From assembly GCA_002010065.2 (NCBI GenBank), contig MTMD02000002.1, forward strand, positions 1 through 64,000: 64,000 nt of DNA, given 5' to 3'. Position numbers and translations under genes: made by a program. The notes under the pieces are model-generated. The model saw only the letters and a program-made list of their open reading frames with translations. It did no database searches and was not told where the DNA came from. Of this stretch, positions 49,650-59,070 are shown piece by piece. Numbering within the stretch: position 1 is the first letter of the stretch; each line of letters begins with the position of its first letter. Source of the stretch: Candidatus Pyrohabitans jungbluthii (GTDB lineage: Archaea; Hydrothermarchaeota; Hydrothermarchaeia; Hydrothermarchaeales; BMS3B).

Positions 49650-50318
49650 TCACCTTATGTGCTTTAAATACTCCTCCAGCATCTTGGGGAAGCTCGCCCC
49701 CTCGACAAAGCGCAGCCCAAGGCGCTCAGCCCACTTCTTAATCCCCTCGTCGCTCGCCACGACGCCTGCATCCATCTCCTTGGCGAGGAGTAGCACGTCC
49801 AGATCAGGGGCGCTATCCAGTGTGCCATAGCGCAACGCGTTGCGATACTTGGCACGGAAGTCCTTAATAATGTAGCCTGTGGATTCGCGTTTTATTGTCT
49901 CGCGATCTACGTTTTTTAGAGTTAAATTGATCGCCTCGCTGGCGCTCAGCCAGATGCTGCTCTCTGCGATCTTCATCCCTCGACTCATGCGCTCCCGCAT
50001 GTCCTTCACGTACTCGTAGAATACCTCCGCGGGGATCTTCACCTCAAAGCGGTTTGGTGTCTTCTTCACCAGCCACGTGTCTACCTCCACGAAAAGCTCC
50101 TCGTCGCACTCGTAGCGCTTCATGAACTGGATTAGCTCGTCGTAAACTGTAGGAAAAGGAATGTGACAGGAGATGTTGAGCTTAATCCTAGCTTCAGCTA
50201 TTAGTGTGAGCATACGCTTTATCGCCTCGCACAGCTTCTCCCCAGTTTCGCGCAGCTCAACGCTGGTTAGCGCGGTGGTGTCCAGAACAAAGCGCTGCTT
50301 TTCCTGCAGTTTTGTCAT
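49650..50318 (-). CDS. RNA-free RNase P (HARP, PIN_5 family)
   Basis: FVLDT, KTPNRFEVKIPA, LRYGTLDSAPDLD, SDEGI..WAERLG. Confidence 0.9.
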   Translation of the reverse strand: MTKLQEKQRFVLDTTALTSVELRETGEKLCEAIKRMLTLIAEARIKLNISCHIPFPTVYDELIQFMKRYECDEELFVEVDTWLVKKTPNRFEVKIPAEVFYEYVKDMRERMSRGMKIAESSIWLSASEAINLTLKNVDRETIKRESTGYIIKDFRAKYRNALRYGTLDSAPDLDVLLLAKEMDAGVVASDEGIKKWAERLGLRFVEGASFPKMLEEYLKHIR

Positions 50319-50357
50319 GAATATTTATTGCCGGGAGCGCATAAAAAGGCTTTCGGG

Positions 50358-51383
50358 CTATTCCACAACCACATCGTAAACCGCGTGCCAGCGCTTAGGT
50401 GCGTAGGATTTAATTATCCTGCGGTGCGCTATCTTCGCTTTATACCCGAGCTCTGCGATGCGCTTAACCAGCGCCTCACCTTCTTCATCCAGCGCCTCCT
50501 TCGCCACTAGGGTGTGGTAGTGGATTACCCCCTCTCCCCCTTTCAGTGCGGCTAAGGCTTTTGGCAGATACCTCTCGGGTGAGAAGAAGTAGCCCATTAG
50601 TACGCGGTTGGCGAAGTTCTCAGGTGCGATCTCAAGGCAGTCGCCAAGCCTTGCCTCCATAATCCCCTCAAGCCGGTTAAGCGCTATGTTCTCCCTCAGA
50701 AATTCGTAGGTCTCAGGGCGCTTCTCTATCGCAAGCACCTTTCGCGGCGATGCATGCTTCGCCAGGGGTATGCTGAGCTGCCCCACGCCTGCGAACATGT
50801 CCAGCACAACCTCACCCTTAGCCGGAAGCTGCGCCATGCGCTTGCGTTCCTCCATGTTACCCGCTGAAAACATCACCCTGCAGGGGTCAAGCTTGAACAC
50901 ACACCCGTGCTCGCGGTGCAGCGTTGTTGTGTTAGCATCTCCTGCAATAACCTCTGCCTCGGGATAGCGCAGCTCCTCGCTTATGCCGCGTCTGGCGACA
51001 ACGCTCCTGGCGCGAGGGTGAAAGCTGAGGAGGAACTCCCCAATCTCATGGCGCAGGGGATAAAGCTCAGCCGGGATGTTTATAATGAGAACATCCCCTA
51101 TAAGCTCCCAGCCTCCGCGCAGCAGCTCTGCCTTGCTGCCTATGCGCCTGCGAAGCTCCCGCTTGAGCTGGGCAAAGCTCATAGGCGGAGAAGCAAATTG
51201 CGGCGAAGTCTGCTCTACCAGCGTAAAGGGCACGGGTAGCGAGGGCGGCGCCTCAACCACAGGAAGCTCAACCCTATCCCCCTTGGCTAGAATACGGCGC
51301 CTTTTGTCCAGAAGTCCCTCGCGCAGAAGGTGGCGCCTCACGCGTTCTGCATGCCTGCGCTCAACGACGACGGCGAGATTCAT
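50358..51383 (-). CDS. Trm5/Tyw2-family tRNA-modifying SAM enzyme (Taw2-like core)
   Basis: VMFSAGNMEER, DMFAGVG, RVLMGY, IHYH, KSYAP. Confidence 0.82.
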   Translation of the reverse strand: MNLAVVVERRHAERVRRHLLREGLLDKRRRILAKGDRVELPVVEAPPSLPVPFTLVEQTSPQFASPPMSFAQLKRELRRRIGSKAELLRGGWELIGDVLIINIPAELYPLRHEIGEFLLSFHPRARSVVARRGISEELRYPEAEVIAGDANTTTLHREHGCVFKLDPCRVMFSAGNMEERKRMAQLPAKGEVVLDMFAGVGQLSIPLAKHASPRKVLAIEKRPETYEFLRENIALNRLEGIMEARLGDCLEIAPENFANRVLMGYFFSPERYLPKALAALKGGEGVIHYHTLVAKEALDEEGEALVKRIAELGYKAKIAHRRIIKSYAPKRWHAVYDVVVE

Positions 51384-51565
51384 GGCTTTATAAAGCCCAG
51401 CACCGCACGGATATCCTTAACCTCCACAGGACCAAGAGCCTTGAACAGCCCAGGCTTTGCGCCTTTGCCCAGCTTTAAAATAACCCTGCCCTCGTGCACC
51501 ACCTCTATGGCGTAGCCCTTCTCCTCCAGCCTCTTCGCAAGCGCGAGCAGCTTTTCCAGACTCAT
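51380..51565 (-). CDS. Hypothetical protein, 61 aa (in frame with the upstream ORF)
   Basis: ATG directly after the upstream TAG; ATGA overlap with the next gene. Confidence 0.7.
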   Translation of the reverse strand: MSLEKLLALAKRLEEKGYAIEVVHEGRVILKLGKGAKPGLFKALGPVEVKDIRAVLGFIKP

Positions 51566-51733
51566 CTACACGAACTCCTGAAGGAGGCGCTTCAACGCCT
51601 GAGGGTTGTGGATAACCACCTCAAAACTCTTCTCAGCCTTAGGCTTGAGCTCAAGTATCCTCTCCTCTCCCATAAGCACGTTTATGCTCATCCCTCTACG
51701 CACAAGAAAATCGAGAAGGGAGGTAAAATCCAT
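51566..51733 (-). CDS. Hypothetical protein, 55 aa (not in ORF track)
   Basis: Manual translation MDFTSLLDFLVRRGMSINVLMGEERILELKPKAEKSFEVVIHNPQALKRLLQEFV*; fills the gap after alba exactly. Confidence 0.7.
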   Translation of the reverse strand: MDFTSLLDFLVRRGMSINVLMGEERILELKPKAEKSFEVVIHNPQALKRLLQEFV

Positions 51734-51734
51734 C

Positions 51735-52007
51735 CTACTTCTCCAGCACTATCTCTATTGAGGACAGCCTCACCGTCTTGCCGTCCTCTGTGGTCACCTC
51801 CTCGGTGCCGATCTTAATATCCTTCACCTTCGCCTCTGGTATAAAGCGGTTCCTGACGATCTCTGCCACGTCCACTGCGCGGGAGATTGCCCTTCCCCTC
51901 GCCTTTATCACCACTTCCTTGGCGTTTCTCGTAAACTGGGTGCTAACTGCAAGCACGTAATTCATCGCTGGCTTATTTCCCACGTAGACCACGTTGTCCT
52001 CCGTCAT
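51735..52007 (-). CDS. albA: Chromatin/RNA-binding protein Alba
   Basis: [27 protein letters not shown]. Confidence 0.96.
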   Translation of the reverse strand: MTEDNVVYVGNKPAMNYVLAVSTQFTRNAKEVVIKARGRAISRAVDVAEIVRNRFIPEAKVKDIKIGTEEVTTEDGKTVRLSSIEIVLEK

Positions 52008-52036
52008 TTCTGAGACCTCCTTCTGATTTTTATTGA

Positions 52037-52864
52037 CTATTGGAGAGAGGTGATATTTATTTTTTTCTTAAGAACCTCATCCATACTCCCCGGACGGTAC
52101 CCCTCAAGGTCAAGGGTAACGTAAGCAAAGCCCAGCCCCTTGAGATGGGCAACTATCTCCTCGCGCAGCTCAAGAGCCAGAAAAAGCTCCTCCTGCGGAA
52201 GCTCCACCCTCGCAAGCTCGCCATGCACGCGAACGCGCACATTGGTGAACCCCTGCTCAAAGAAGAAGCTTTCAGCCCTCTCCACCATCTCCAGCTTCTC
52301 CCGGGTAATGCGCTCCCCGTATGGTATCCTAGAAGCTAGGCAGGCCATCGCAGGCTTGTCCTTCACAGAAAGCCCGAGCAGTGCCGCAATTTCGCGCACG
52401 TCGCTCTTGTCGAAACCCAGCTCCAGCAGCGGGCTTCGCACCCCGTGCTCTTTAAGCGCCTTTAAGCCTGGGCGATGCTCGCGAGTATCGCCGAGATGAG
52501 CGCCGTCGACGATGACCGCATAGCCCTCGCGCTCGGCAATTTCCTTAAGCGCAAGCGCAAGGCGGGAGCGGCAGTAGTAGCACCTGTTTTCTGGGTTGGC
52601 AGCGAAGCGCTCATCCTCCAGCTCGTCTTCTTTAATAACCAGGTGGCGTATGCCTATCTCGCGGGCAACACGCTTGGCTTCTGAAAGCTCCCGCTTTGAG
52701 AGCGTGGAAGACTCTGCAGTCACCGCCAGCGCTCTATCTCCAAGCGCTCTGCGCGCCACCGCTGCTACCACGCTGCTATCCACTCCGCCTGAAAAGGCGA
52801 TTACCACGCTGCCATGCTGGCGAAACCACTCCACAAGCTTTTCAAGCTTCTCCTCGCTGCGCAT
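52037..52864 (-). CDS. larE: LarE-like ATP-dependent sulfur transferase
   Basis: [33 protein letters not shown]. Confidence 0.9.
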   Translation of the reverse strand: MRSEEKLEKLVEWFRQHGSVVIAFSGGVDSSVVAAVARRALGDRALAVTAESSTLSKRELSEAKRVAREIGIRHLVIKEDELEDERFAANPENRCYYCRSRLALALKEIAEREGYAVIVDGAHLGDTREHRPGLKALKEHGVRSPLLELGFDKSDVREIAALLGLSVKDKPAMACLASRIPYGERITREKLEMVERAESFFFEQGFTNVRVRVHGELARVELPQEELFLALELREEIVAHLKGLGFAYVTLDLEGYRPGSMDEVLKKKINITSLQ

Positions 52865-52925
52865 GGTATAAGCTCCAAGCTTCCCGTCGATTATTTTTCT
52901 AATGGGAAGCGTTGTTATTTAAGAG

Positions 52926-54026
52926 ATGCCAAGCATTGAGGAGAAGATACGCGAGCTTGAGGAGGAGATACGCCGCACCCCCTACAACAAGGCTACGCAA
53001 CACCACATAGGAAGGCTTAAAGCAAAGCTTGCGCGCCTTCGCGAGGAGGCGGAGCAGCGGGGCGCAGCTAAGGGGGGAGGGAGAGGCTACGCGGTGCGAA
53101 AGAGCGGCGATGCCACTGTTGCCCTCGTGGGCTTTCCCAGCGTGGGCAAGTCAACACTTCTCAACATGCTCACCAATGCGGAGAGCGAGGTTGGAAGCTA
53201 CGACTTCACAACCCTCGATGTCGTGCCTGGGGTGCTCGAGTACCGCGGGGCAAAGATTCAGATACTCGACGTTCCGGGCTTAATACGCGGCGCCTCTCGT
53301 GGCAGAGGGCGCGGGCGGGAGGTGCTCTCTGTTATAAGGAGCGCTGATTTAATTTTACTTCTCATAGACGTGTTCAACATTGAGCAGTACCGCATTCTTG
53401 TTAAGGAGCTTCACGACGCCGGCATTCGCCTTGACGCCACCCCACCCAAGGTGAAGATAACCAAGAAAGCGCAAGGTGGGATAAAGGTAAGCTCCACAGT
53501 GGAGCTAAAGAGCATTACCGAGGAGACAATAAAGGCGATACTCAGCGAGTACAGGATTCACAACGCAGACGTAGTGATACATGAAGATTTAGACGAAGAG
53601 CGCTTTATCGACGCTATCGCTGGCAACCGCGTTTACATCCCCTCCCTCGTGGTTCTGAACAAGATAGACCTCGTAGGCGATGGGTACCTGAAGGAGGTGG
53701 CTTCAAGGCTCGGGAGGGAGTTTGTGGCAATCTCCGCCGGCAAAGGCATAGGTATAGAGGAGCTAAAGGAGAGGATATACTCCAAGCTCGGGTTTATACG
53801 CGTGTACATGAAGCCCCAGCGGGGCGAGGCTGACCTGGAGGAGCCCCTAATTGTGAGGCGCGGCACCACCGTCGCTGAGGTTTGTCAAAAGCTCCACCGC
53901 GACTTCGTGGAGAGATTCAGGTACGCCCAAGTGTGGGGCAAGAGTGTACGCTTCCCGGGGCAGCGCGTGGGCTTGGAGCATGTGCTGGAGGATGAGGATA
54001 TATTAACCATAGTGGTGAGGAAGTAG
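52926..54026 (+). CDS. DRG-family GTPase
   Basis: NKATQHHIG, GFPSVGKS, YDFTTL, TGS domain. Confidence 0.95.
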   Translation: MPSIEEKIRELEEEIRRTPYNKATQHHIGRLKAKLARLREEAEQRGAAKGGGRGYAVRKSGDATVALVGFPSVGKSTLLNMLTNAESEVGSYDFTTLDVVPGVLEYRGAKIQILDVPGLIRGASRGRGRGREVLSVIRSADLILLLIDVFNIEQYRILVKELHDAGIRLDATPPKVKITKKAQGGIKVSSTVELKSITEETIKAILSEYRIHNADVVIHEDLDEERFIDAIAGNRVYIPSLVVLNKIDLVGDGYLKEVASRLGREFVAISAGKGIGIEELKERIYSKLGFIRVYMKPQRGEADLEEPLIVRRGTTVAEVCQKLHRDFVERFRYAQVWGKSVRFPGQRVGLEHVLEDEDILTIVVRK

Positions 54027-54027
54027 T

Positions 54028-54678
54028 ATGCTCAGCGAGATATCTCAAAGCCTGCTTTCAAGCATAGACAACGCTTCCCTGGGCTTTTTCCTCTTTGCGA
54101 CGGTGGTTATCTCCCTCTCCGGTGTGCTTATGCCCGGCCCTGTGCTGGCGGTGAGTATAGCCAAGGGGCACGTAGATAAGTACGCAGGGGTTAAGGTATC
54201 CCTGGGGCATGCCCTGCTTGAGGTGCCCCTGATACTCCTCATCTACGCGGGTGTAGCCTCGGCGATTAAGGGCGCGCCGCTAAAGGTGCTCTCCATCGCC
54301 GGAGGCGCGCTGCTCTTCTACATGGGTATAGAGATGCTCCGCATGCGCAGAGAGGTGGCGCTTAGAGGGAGAGACCTGCCCTACGGCGCCACATTCGCAG
54401 GCTTTGCCACGAGCTTTGCAAACCCCTACTTCTACCTCTGGTGGCTCACCGCAGGCGCGCTGCTCGTAGCCAAAGCCTCGAGCTTTGGTTTCGCTGGCTT
54501 GGCGCTCTTCATAATTTTCCATGAAGCTTGCGATTTCGTGTGGTACTCCTTCGTCTCCCTTGCAACCCATGCTTCAAAGCAGCTCCTCAGCGCAAGGGTA
54601 CATGAGCTTGTTTTCACCCTTCTCGGAATAATGCTACTCTTCTTTGGGGCGTGGTTTTTCAGCGCTGGGCTTGGGTAG
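54028..54678 (+). CDS. LysE family transporter
   Basis: SLSGVLMPGP, GHALLE, NPYFYLWW. Confidence 0.88.
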   Translation: MLSEISQSLLSSIDNASLGFFLFATVVISLSGVLMPGPVLAVSIAKGHVDKYAGVKVSLGHALLEVPLILLIYAGVASAIKGAPLKVLSIAGGALLFYMGIEMLRMRREVALRGRDLPYGATFAGFATSFANPYFYLWWLTAGALLVAKASSFGFAGLALFIIFHEACDFVWYSFVSLATHASKQLLSARVHELVFTLLGIMLLFFGAWFFSAGLG

Positions 54679-55660
54679 CGCTGAGAAGTGCTCTCAGATT
54701 CTCCACCGGCGCCGTTGGAGGCACGTCGCAACCAGGAGAGAGCACAAAGCCTGAGGTATCCCCAATAGCATTAAGCAGTGCCTTCGCCTCGCGCGCCACC
54801 TGCGCTGGGCTCGCCTTAAGAAGCAGCATGGGGTCTATGTTGCCCGCCACGCAGGCTACGCTAGCGATCTCGCGCTTTACCAGCGGAAGGTTAACCTCCT
54901 GCCCCAAGCTTAGGCAGCTCGGCTTTATGGCAGCGATGTCCCTAACCCTGTCTTCGGTGCTCCCGCAGTGGTGCAGGTAAATCACAACGCCGCGCTTTTT
55001 AAAGTGCTCCACCAGGTGAGAGAGGTAGGGCAGGGCAAAGGTTAAGAAATGCTCTCGCGATATGAGGTTGCCCGACGCCGAGGGTTCAGCGAGGCTCACG
55101 GCTTCTAAACCAAGGTCGAGAAAGGGCGAGTAAAACTCCTCTATGGCGAGGGTGGCTAGCTCCAGCGCCTGCTTCGCAGCCCTGGGGTTCATATACAGGT
55201 CTGTCATTAGCTTTTCCACGCCGACGAGGTTCGCGGCGAGGGTGAAGGGGCCCCAGCTCGTAACAGCCACTAGGTAGCGGTCACCAATCTCCTCATTCAC
55301 AACCTCAAACCCCTGCCTCAGCGTGGCAATTTCCTTAAGCTCGTTTACCTTACCGACTAGCTCCTTCTCCGGCTCAATATGAGTGAGCACCTGCAGCGAT
55401 GTCTGCTCCATCCTCACCTCGCATCCAAGGGCGGCGCACAGGAGGTTGTTCAAGCCCGAGCCCACAAAAACCATGTCGCTTTCAACGGCACGCTGCATTC
55501 CAAGCACAGCCTCAGCGTAGTCATCCCCGCTCCTCAGAAGCTCGCGAAAGCTCTTTCCCGCTCGCCTAGCTGCCCAGAAGCCACCCCCAAATATCAGCGC
55601 CGGCACGCGCGCTGACGCTGAGAGGGAAAAAGCTGAGAGGAGCAGGTCCTTAGGTCGCAT
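54659..55660 (-). CDS. URO-D-fold MtaA/CmuA-like methylcobamide methyltransferase
   Basis: GPFTLA, EPSAS, HHCG and SPGC zinc ligands, GNIDP. Confidence 0.8.
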   Translation of the reverse strand: MRPKDLLLSAFSLSASARVPALIFGGGFWAARRAGKSFRELLRSGDDYAEAVLGMQRAVESDMVFVGSGLNNLLCAALGCEVRMEQTSLQVLTHIEPEKELVGKVNELKEIATLRQGFEVVNEEIGDRYLVAVTSWGPFTLAANLVGVEKLMTDLYMNPRAAKQALELATLAIEEFYSPFLDLGLEAVSLAEPSASGNLISREHFLTFALPYLSHLVEHFKKRGVVIYLHHCGSTEDRVRDIAAIKPSCLSLGQEVNLPLVKREIASVACVAGNIDPMLLLKASPAQVAREAKALLNAIGDTSGFVLSPGCDVPPTAPVENLRALLSATQAQR

Positions 55661-55747
55661 GGTGCTAACCTAGAAGGTTAGTTTCTAAAAATAATTTCAT
55701 AATCTTTTACACCGACAACCTTCCACAGATTGAAAAAATGGCGAGGG

Positions 55748-56683
55748 ATGATAATGGAAAAGAACAACGAGTGCAACACCTGTTCCACAGACAGTGCGGG
55801 AGAGGCATGCTCCGCATGCAGCGCTGGTGGCGATAACAAGGCTGCTGTTGACCCAACCTTCGCAGCCGTAAAGGCGCGCATGAAGAATGTGAAGCACAAG
55901 ATTGCGATAATGAGCGGCAAGGGTGGTGTGGGCAAGACCACGGTGAGCGTGAACCTTGCCCTTGCGCTTGCGAACAAAGGTTACAAGGTGGGACTTTTAG
56001 ACGCCGACGTAACCGCGCCCAACGTGGCGAAGATGCTGGGCATTTCCAACCCGGAGCTCTTTGCAACGCCAGCCGGGCTATTCCCTCCTGAAGCCAAGGG
56101 GGTAAAGGTAATCTCCATGGCATTCCTGGTTGATGATAACCAGGCCATAATCTGGCGTGGCCCTGTGATAATGGGTGTAATTGAGCAGTTCCTTAGCGAC
56201 ATCGTTTGGGGGGAGCTGGACTACCTGCTCATAGACCTCCCTCCGGGCACCGGCGATGAAGCACTGAGCGTTATGCAGCTTATTCCTGATCTAGACGGGA
56301 TAATCACAGTCACAACGCCACAGGAGGTGGCAGTGCTCGACACGAGGCGGAGCATAGACATGGCAAAGGTAATGCGCGTGCCTGTGATTGGCGTGATTGA
56401 GAACATGAGCGGCTTCGTTTGTCCGCACTGCGGCGAGGTTACGCAGATATTCAGGAGCGGGGGCGGTGAGAAGGTTGCGAAGGAGCTGGGCGTTCCCCTC
56501 TTGGGAAGTATCCCCCTCGACTCGAGGATAGCTGAGGCGGGGGACTCTGGTGAGCCCTTCATCGCAAGCAACGAGGGACCTGCTAAAGAAGCTTTTGAGG
56601 CGATTGTGGCGAAGATAGAGGAGATAGTTAAGAAGCGCGCCGAAGAAAAAGAGCGGGAGCTTTCCTCGCTTTTTAAGGAGTGA
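55748..56683 (+). CDS. mrp: Mrp/ApbC/NBP35 Fe-S carrier ATPase
   Basis: SGKGGVGKT, WRGP, DLPPGTGD, ENMS.F.CPHC, N-terminal Cys cluster. Confidence 0.95.
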   Translation: MIMEKNNECNTCSTDSAGEACSACSAGGDNKAAVDPTFAAVKARMKNVKHKIAIMSGKGGVGKTTVSVNLALALANKGYKVGLLDADVTAPNVAKMLGISNPELFATPAGLFPPEAKGVKVISMAFLVDDNQAIIWRGPVIMGVIEQFLSDIVWGELDYLLIDLPPGTGDEALSVMQLIPDLDGIITVTTPQEVAVLDTRRSIDMAKVMRVPVIGVIENMSGFVCPHCGEVTQIFRSGGGEKVAKELGVPLLGSIPLDSRIAEAGDSGEPFIASNEGPAKEAFEAIVAKIEEIVKKRAEEKERELSSLFKE

Positions 56684-56699
56684 GCAAGCTGAGCAAGCG

Positions 56700-57737
56700 C
56701 TACCTGGCGCTCAGCTCCTTTACCATCCTCACCAGCGCGACCACCTTCTCTTCGGGCGTATCCTTGTGCACCCCATGCCCCAGGTTGAATATGTGACCTG
56801 GTCGTGACTCAGCCTTCGCAAGGATGTCGCGCACCCTGCGCTCTATCTCCTCGAGGGGTGCGAAGAGCGCCATGGGGTCTAGGTTACCCTGTATCGCGAC
56901 GTCGTAACCCACGCGCCTCCAAGCTTCGTCGAGGGGTATGCGCCAGTCCACGCCTATAACGTCGCCTCCCGCGGCTCGCACCTTCTCCAGAAATGTGGCT
57001 GCCTGATTGGCGAAGTGAATCACAGGCACTTCGCCCCGCGCATCTAAGCTTGCGAAGATTCGCTGCATGTGGGGCAGAACGTAGCGCTCATAATCCTCCG
57101 GCGCAAGACACCCCACCCAGGAGTCGAATATCTGCAGCGCCTGCGCACCCGCGTGAATCTGAGCATTGAGGTAGTCAATCACAGCATCGGCTATCTTCTC
57201 CATTAGCGCGTGGAAGGTCTCGGGCTGGGAGAACATCATCTCCTTGGTGAAGCGAAAACTTCGCGAACCCTGTCCCTCGATTATGTAGCTCGCCAGCGTG
57301 AAGGGCGCACCCGAGAAGCCTATCAGCGGCACCCTCCCGCGGAGCTTCTCCCTTGCTAGCTTAATCGCCTCCATCACGTAGCCAAGCTCTTTTTCTGCAT
57401 CTGGAACCCGCAGCTTCTCCACACCCTCGAGGCTTCTCACCGGCTCGTGCAAACGTGGTCCCAAGCCCTCGTGAAACTCAAGCTTCATACCCATAGCCTC
57501 AACCAGAACCAAAATGTCGCTGAAGAGTATCGCCGCATCCACGCCAAGCCTCTCCACCGGCTGAAGCGTCACCTGCACCGCAAGCTTCGGATTCTTGCAC
57601 ATCTCTAAGAAAGAGTGCTCTGCCCTCACCTTCTGGTAAGCTGCCATATAGCGCCCCGCCTGGCGCATCAGCCACACCGGGGTGCGCTCCACCTCTTCGC
57701 GACGACATGCGCGCAGAAAAAGGTACTCCTCGCTCAC
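56700..57737 (-). CDS. hemE: Uroporphyrinogen decarboxylase
   Basis: PVWLMRQAGRY, AILFSDIL, GAPFTLASY, FDSW, FNLGHG. Confidence 0.93.
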   Translation of the reverse strand: MSEEYLFLRACRREEVERTPVWLMRQAGRYMAAYQKVRAEHSFLEMCKNPKLAVQVTLQPVERLGVDAAILFSDILVLVEAMGMKLEFHEGLGPRLHEPVRSLEGVEKLRVPDAEKELGYVMEAIKLAREKLRGRVPLIGFSGAPFTLASYIIEGQGSRSFRFTKEMMFSQPETFHALMEKIADAVIDYLNAQIHAGAQALQIFDSWVGCLAPEDYERYVLPHMQRIFASLDARGEVPVIHFANQAATFLEKVRAAGGDVIGVDWRIPLDEAWRRVGYDVAIQGNLDPMALFAPLEEIERRVRDILAKAESRPGHIFNLGHGVHKDTPEEKVVALVRMVKELSAR

Positions 57738-57810
57738 AGCTAGCCTCCTGAATAGGGAGTTAAGAGAGGGAGGATTTAAAATTTTCCATTGGCAAAAGGG
57801 TAATGAGACA

Positions 57811-57865
57811 CCTCATAAAAATTAACTCTCTTTTGAGTTATAAAAACTTATAGAGAGTCATAAAA
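57811..57865 (+). promoter_or_regulatory. Repeated (GAG)TYATAAAA motifs and TAACTC-N6-GAGTTA palindrome
   Basis: Seen directly in the hemE/pilin-like intergenic region. Confidence 0.3.
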
Positions 57866-57929
57866 GAAATGTGGTATCCCATCACCATCGCAATAAGTTT
57901 TATATTCCGCCCCATCCCATATTTAAATA

Positions 57930-58115
57930 ATGAAAACTCTGCTCACCGACGAAGATGCCCAAGTAAGCTTGGAATTCATCCTCCTTGCGGGAGGGATTAT
58001 TGTAGGCGCTCTCACAATATTCACTCTTCGCGACTCCCTTAAGAATTTCGCCCAGGTAATAAGCGACTGGGTTGAGGCGGAGAGGAACCTCACTATAGCC
58101 AAGGTGACCAGGTAG
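57930..58115 (+). CDS. Class III signal peptide (pilin-like) protein
   Basis: AQVSLEFILL followed by a hydrophobic helix. Confidence 0.8.
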   Translation: MKTLLTDEDAQVSLEFILLAGGIIVGALTIFTLRDSLKNFAQVISDWVEAERNLTIAKVTR

Positions 58116-58116
58116 C

Positions 58117-59019
58117 TTACTCCTTCTTTGAAAAATGCATCCTGCGGTGATGCTCGTCGAAGGGCTCCACGTGCACAAGTGCTGAAGCAACTTCTGGCAT
58201 GTTCTCGGTTATCTTCACCTGAACCTCATGGGCTATCTCATGAGCCTTTTTAAGGGGTATATTCTCATCCACGCACACGTGGAGGTCCACCTTGTTATAT
58301 GCACCCATCGCGTGCACTCTTACGCGGTGCACATCAATGACGCCCTCCACCTCCCTGGTTAGCCTTTTAATCTCCTCCACCATCTCCGGCGAGGGCACTG
58401 TACCCATAAGGCGCTGGATGTTCCTCCAGCTTATGTCCACCGCAACCTTGAAGATGAGCAGGGTAATGCCGAGAGCAACGAGAGGGTCGAGGGCATAGAG
58501 GCCCAACCTGCTCGCTCCAATGCCTGCGAGAATCGCTAGGGAGGTATAGATGTCCACTCTGAAGTTGGCTGCACTTGCTGCAAGGGCAGGGCTATTGATT
58601 TTTTCCGCAACTTTCTTGGTGTAGCCCGCGAGAAACGCCTTTCCCATAAGGTTAACACCAACTGCAAGCAGGGCAACGAGCTTCACCTGCTCAGGTGCAT
58701 GGAAAAGGCGCACAACCGCGTGTTTTGCAAACTCATACGCGAGCAGGGCAAGCATGAGAGAGACGATTAGCCCGGCTATAGCCTCGGCATCGTAGTGACC
58801 GTAAGGATGGCTTTCGTCCGCAGGCTTATAGCTTATCTTAATCCCTATCCAGGTGATCAGGGAGGAGAGCACATCAGAAAAGGAGTCAAGGGCATCTGCC
58901 ACAAGTGCCATGCTCCCTGAATACACTCCCGCCACGAACTTCATCGCCGCAAGAGAGAGGTTTCCAAAGATTCCAACCAGCGAAGCTCTCTCACCAGCCT
59001 TGTACCTCTCCACATCCAT
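58117..59019 (-). CDS. Cation diffusion facilitator transporter
   Basis: SMALVADA, PADESHPYGH, C-terminal AHEIA..VHVEP. Confidence 0.92.
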   Translation of the reverse strand: MDVERYKAGERASLVGIFGNLSLAAMKFVAGVYSGSMALVADALDSFSDVLSSLITWIGIKISYKPADESHPYGHYDAEAIAGLIVSLMLALLAYEFAKHAVVRLFHAPEQVKLVALLAVGVNLMGKAFLAGYTKKVAEKINSPALAASAANFRVDIYTSLAILAGIGASRLGLYALDPLVALGITLLIFKVAVDISWRNIQRLMGTVPSPEMVEEIKRLTREVEGVIDVHRVRVHAMGAYNKVDLHVCVDENIPLKKAHEIAHEVQVKITENMPEVASALVHVEPFDEHHRRMHFSKKE

Positions 59020-59070
59020 GTTCAGCGCTCCCTACTGTTTTATAGTACTCCCGCGTATATATTAATCAGG

